A stretch of DNA of 29,577 bases, from positions 1-29,577 of the forward strand of contig JAAFKJ010000102.1 of assembly GCA_021399395.1 (NCBI GenBank), read 5' to 3'. A program made the translations under genes and the position numbers. Below, piece after piece: positions 26,580 through 29,577 of this stretch. Every line of letters starts with the position of its first letter. Positions within the stretch are counted from its first letter, which is position 1. The DNA is from Candidatus Heimdallarchaeota archaeon. Its GTDB lineage: Archaea > Asgardarchaeota > Heimdallarchaeia > Heimdallarchaeales > Heimdallarchaeaceae. The notes under the pieces were generated by a model that did no database searches, was not told the DNA's origin, and saw nothing but the letters and a program-made list of their open reading frames with translations.

Positions 26580-28061
26580 CTACCAGTTTCTTAAAACATC
26601 AAGGATAACACGAACAGCTGGTCCTTTGCTTCCTTTTGGATTATAATGCTTATCACTACTCTGTTCCATAGCTCCTGCAATATCTAAATGAGCCCATGGC
26701 ACATCAAGTGTAAACTGACTAAGGAATCTCGCTGCAGTAATAGATCCCCCTGGTCTACCGCCAGTATGCTTGAAGTCAGCAACATCACTTTTGAGCTGTT
26801 CATCATAGACTTCCCACAAAGGCATTCTCCAGACTCTTTCTCCACTTGTGTTTGATGCTTCTTCAAGCTTATCTACAACAAAATCATGATTGGAGAAGTA
26901 ACCAATTGCGTGTTCTCCCAAAGCAATCATCATTGCACCAGTTAATGTAGCAAAATCAAACATAGCTTTTGGTTTGTAATGTTTAGCAGCATATGTTAAA
27001 GCATCATTGAGTATCATTCTTCCTTCTGCATCAGTATTAATTACTTCTATAGTTATACCACTATAACTAGTAATTATATCTCCTGGATGATATGCTGTTC
27101 CAGATGGCATATTATCTGTCGCGGGAACAATACCTACTATATGTAAATCAAGATCAAGTTTAGCAACAGCTTCCATTACAGCAACAACAACCGCACCACC
27201 AGTCATATCAGCTTTCATTTTTTCCATGTTTTGACCAGGTTTGATACTAATACCACCGCTATCAAAAGTGATAGCTTTTCCAATTAGTGCTACTGTCTCC
27301 ACTCCTTCTTTATCAGCACCATGTTCCATGATGATGAATTTTGGAGGTTCCTTAGTTCCTTGAGCGACTGCTAGGAAACTTGTTAGACCTATTTCTTTTG
27401 CTTGTTCTCTTTCGAAAACTGTAGTTTTAATACCTAAGTCCTTCTCAAGTCGAAGAGCTTCATTAGCGAGTTTGGTAGGTGTAATATAGTTTGCAGGTCC
27501 CCAAGCTAGTTCTCTGCAGAAATTAACTGCATCAGCTATAATCTTACCACTTTCAACACCTTGTTTCAAAACAATTTCATCTGTATCAGGACTAAAAATA
27601 ATTAATTCCTCGATTTTCTTATATTTTTCTAGATTTTTAGTTCTATATGCAATATTCTGAAAACTTCCCATAATAATGCCTTGGACTAATGCTTCAGTAG
27701 TTTCTGTCAATTCTAATTTATCTCGTGCAAAGGAATCAAGATAGATACCTAGTTTCTTAACGTCTAAATCACGAGCTTTTCTGGATGCATTACCAACGAC
27801 TTTTCTAACAGTTTCTACTGTAAGTTTTTCTTGTTTTCCTAAACCAATTAAAAGAAGTCTCTTTGGAGATATAGTTCCTTTTGTATAAATTAGAGAGAGA
27901 TCACCATTCTTTCCCTTAAAATCCCCTAATTCAACTACATTTCCAGCTTCTTCGTTTATATCAGAAATAAAAACATCACCTTTTGCTTCTTCTAGTACTC
28001 CAACTAGAACTAAAGGGATGTTAAATTCATTAATTTGAATCTTCTTGAAATCAACATTCAT
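26580..28061 (-). CDS. pepA: Leucyl aminopeptidase (M17)
   Basis: GKAITFDSGGISIK, MKADM.G, NTDAEGR, ATLTGA, WAHLDIAG; ORF track start 28070. Confidence 0.96.
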   Translation of the reverse strand: MNVDFKKIQINEFNIPLVLVGVLEEAKGDVFISDINEEAGNVVELGDFKGKNGDLSLIYTKGTISPKRLLLIGLGKQEKLTVETVRKVVGNASRKARDLDVKKLGIYLDSFARDKLELTETTEALVQGIIMGSFQNIAYRTKNLEKYKKIEELIIFSPDTDEIVLKQGVESGKIIADAVNFCRELAWGPANYITPTKLANEALRLEKDLGIKTTVFEREQAKEIGLTSFLAVAQGTKEPPKFIIMEHGADKEGVETVALIGKAITFDSGGISIKPGQNMEKMKADMTGGAVVVAVMEAVAKLDLDLHIVGIVPATDNMPSGTAYHPGDIITSYSGITIEVINTDAEGRMILNDALTYAAKHYKPKAMFDFATLTGAMMIALGEHAIGYFSNHDFVVDKLEEASNTSGERVWRMPLWEVYDEQLKSDVADFKHTGGRPGGSITAARFLSQFTLDVPWAHLDIAGAMEQSSDKHYNPKGSKGPAVRVILDVLRNW

Positions 28062-28157
28062 GTAAATCACGTTCGATAGAAAAAAGGAAGAACCAATTAA
28101 AACAGTTTTTATCTAACTATTTCTTGAGAATAGAACAAAAAAGTCGAAGTGTTCAAG

Positions 28158-28192
28158 GTTTTGTACAACATTTTTTAATGGCCGTACAAAAC
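28158..28192 (+). promoter_or_regulatory. Inverted repeat, candidate operator
   Basis: GTTTTGTAC-N17-GTACAAAAC in the divergent intergenic region, just upstream of the AT-rich element TTAAAA. Confidence 0.5.
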
Positions 28193-28256
28193 ATTTCATT
28201 AAAAGTGTCTTTGTGCAAGTATCTTCTGAAGTTAAAGAAACTTCGGTGAAAACAAA

Positions 28257-28955
28257 ATGAGTGAAGAAAAATTATTAGGAAAAACAATCTCTAAAGGACT
28301 TAGAGGTAGTTTCATGAAGTGGTTTGCAATAGGTCTTGGAGCTGCAATAGTTATAGGATCTGTTGTAGGAGTAAGTGTTTACTTTACTTTACCAGATGGA
28401 ACCACACCACCTGATGGAGATCCTTCTGAACCATATTCAAGTAGATTAGCAACATCATTACTAGGTGCAATACCTAATGTAATGTATATGGAAATAGGAG
28501 GAAATGCTTCAGGTTTCATCGATGAACGAATGATTTGGTCATCATTTGAGCGTATTGGAACAGCTGAAGATTACTACTGGAATACAACAGCAACATTAAT
28601 TGATCCATATGAAGAAATAACCTTCACAATTTCTAAAGAAGAAGTAGGTGAAGTTGCATTAGCTATGTTCGACTCCATTAATAATACAGAACGTTTAGGA
28701 ACTTGGGGACAATCTCCATATGAATCAGGAGGAGAACTCCCAAACATGAAATGGGTAACTGAATTATACTTAGAAAATGGAACTGCTATATTCCTTTATG
28801 TTAATATGGAATCATTAATCCTATTCCAAACTACAACTTGGACAGGGAATTTTGATGCTAATATAAACATGATTGGTGCTGCAGTATTATCTCCTGAAAG
28901 TGCTTTCGATGATTATGTTCAAGCTATGGCCTTATTATTCGACCCCCACACATAG
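28257..28955 (+). CDS. Hypothetical N-terminally anchored extracellular protein
   Basis: Basic N-terminus, TM (WFAIGLGAAIVIGSVVGVSVYF), P/T/D linker, several NxT/S sequons; GGTGA RBS. Confidence 0.75.
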   Translation: MSEEKLLGKTISKGLRGSFMKWFAIGLGAAIVIGSVVGVSVYFTLPDGTTPPDGDPSEPYSSRLATSLLGAIPNVMYMEIGGNASGFIDERMIWSSFERIGTAEDYYWNTTATLIDPYEEITFTISKEEVGEVALAMFDSINNTERLGTWGQSPYESGGELPNMKWVTELYLENGTAIFLYVNMESLILFQTTTWTGNFDANINMIGAAVLSPESAFDDYVQAMALLFDPHT

Positions 28956-28964
28956 AAGGTATAA

Positions 28965-29438
28965 ATGATGACTGAACAAACTGAAGATATAATCTCCGCT
29001 TTGACTGGAACTGCATTAAGAGTATTTGTTTATTCTCTTAAGAAAGGGAAAGACATTGGTGTAAGAGAATCACATAGAGAGCTAGGCTTGAAAACTGCTA
29101 GTCATGCTCAATATCATCTTCAAAGATTGGAACAGTTGGGATTATTAGGACGAGATAAGAACAACAAGTATTTCATTGAAGAAGAATATGAAAGTCTTCG
29201 TAGTTTGAAGATAGGTATATTGACTGAGATTTATGTCTTCAGAGGCTGGTTAATCCCCTCTCTAGGACTTGCTTCAGGCTTTGTTGCCATGAGTTTAGTC
29301 ATCACTTTACTTTTCTTCTTTTTGATATCAGAAGCAGTAGCAGCGTATTTTGCTATAGCTGTGATGTTTTTAGCTGTGATATTTACAGGATTTAGAGCAA
29401 CACAAATAATTGGATCATTTAAACAACAGGAAGAATGA
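28965..29438 (+). CDS. Winged-helix protein with two C-terminal TM helices (membrane-bound regulator)
   Basis: LTGTALRVFVY...IGVRESHRELGLKTASHAQYHLQRLEQLGL wHTH followed by two hydrophobic segments. Confidence 0.82.
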   Translation: MMTEQTEDIISALTGTALRVFVYSLKKGKDIGVRESHRELGLKTASHAQYHLQRLEQLGLLGRDKNNKYFIEEEYESLRSLKIGILTEIYVFRGWLIPSLGLASGFVAMSLVITLLFFFLISEAVAAYFAIAVMFLAVIFTGFRATQIIGSFKQQEE

Positions 29439-29444
29439 AATAGA

Positions 29445-29576
29445 TTATTCTTCTAAGAATTTTTTTACATATTCTAATGCTTTTTTATTATCTTCCCAAT
29501 GAAGTAACTTTATTGCTTCATCATATGAACACCATTTCCATTCAGTGTGTTCAAATGAATCGATACTTGGAAGATC
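29445..29576 (-). CDS. C-terminal part of a NUDIX hydrolase (partial, runs off the window)
   Basis: Manual translation DLPSIDSFEHTEWKWCSYDEAIKLLHWEDNKKALEYVKKFLEE* matches the EH....W....EA...L.W..N..AL tail of NudB/Ap4A-type NUDIX enzymes; not in the ORF track. Confidence 0.75.
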   Translation of the reverse strand, partial: DLPSIDSFEHTEWKWCSYDEAIKLLHWEDNKKALEYVKKFLEE

Positions 29577-29577
29577 A

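Noticed and set aside
3050-26866. Other short ORFs overlapping larger genes (e.g. 3050, 3710, 4046, 9105, 10180, 10495, 11086, 12509, 16957, 21217, 22142, 23853, 25327, 25546, 26684)
   Set aside because: They lie antisense to well-supported genes and have shadow-ORF composition.
1-29577. tRNA/rRNA genes, transposases, integrases, prophage or defence islands
   Set aside because: No GC-rich structured RNA segments or mobile-element motifs seen, and intergenic gaps are short and AT-rich. A covariance-model search was not run.

Overview
AT-rich, gene-dense archaeal window. TATA-like promoters, GGTGA/GGTGG ribosome-binding sites, T-tract terminators and an archaeal-type NMN adenylyltransferase support this. 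The gene mix resembles Asgard archaea such as Heimdallarchaeia, but that taxonomy is inference only. There are about 28 complete CDSs and one partial NUDIX gene, and I saw no RNA genes, CRISPR arrays or mobile elements. The main candidate for an undescribed system is a 1007-aa in-frame fusion of an iron-containing alcohol dehydrogenase (N-terminal) to a complete tungsten-type aldehyde:ferredoxin oxidoreductase. It lies 23-32 bp downstream of a stand-alone SCP2 lipid-carrier gene and within 5 kb of a DegV fatty-acid-binding protein and two tandem alpha/beta hydrolases, suggesting a lipid ester/long-chain alcohol <-> acid redox module. Other notable items are a class II glutamine amidotransferase with both catalytic residues changed to Ala, three membrane-coupled transcription modules with visible operator palindromes, a tandem pair of acidic surface proteins sharing a phased CTACA/TRTAG promoter array, and a MutY-like glycosylase without an Fe-S cluster. 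All family assignments come from motif recognition by eye; no database searches were run.
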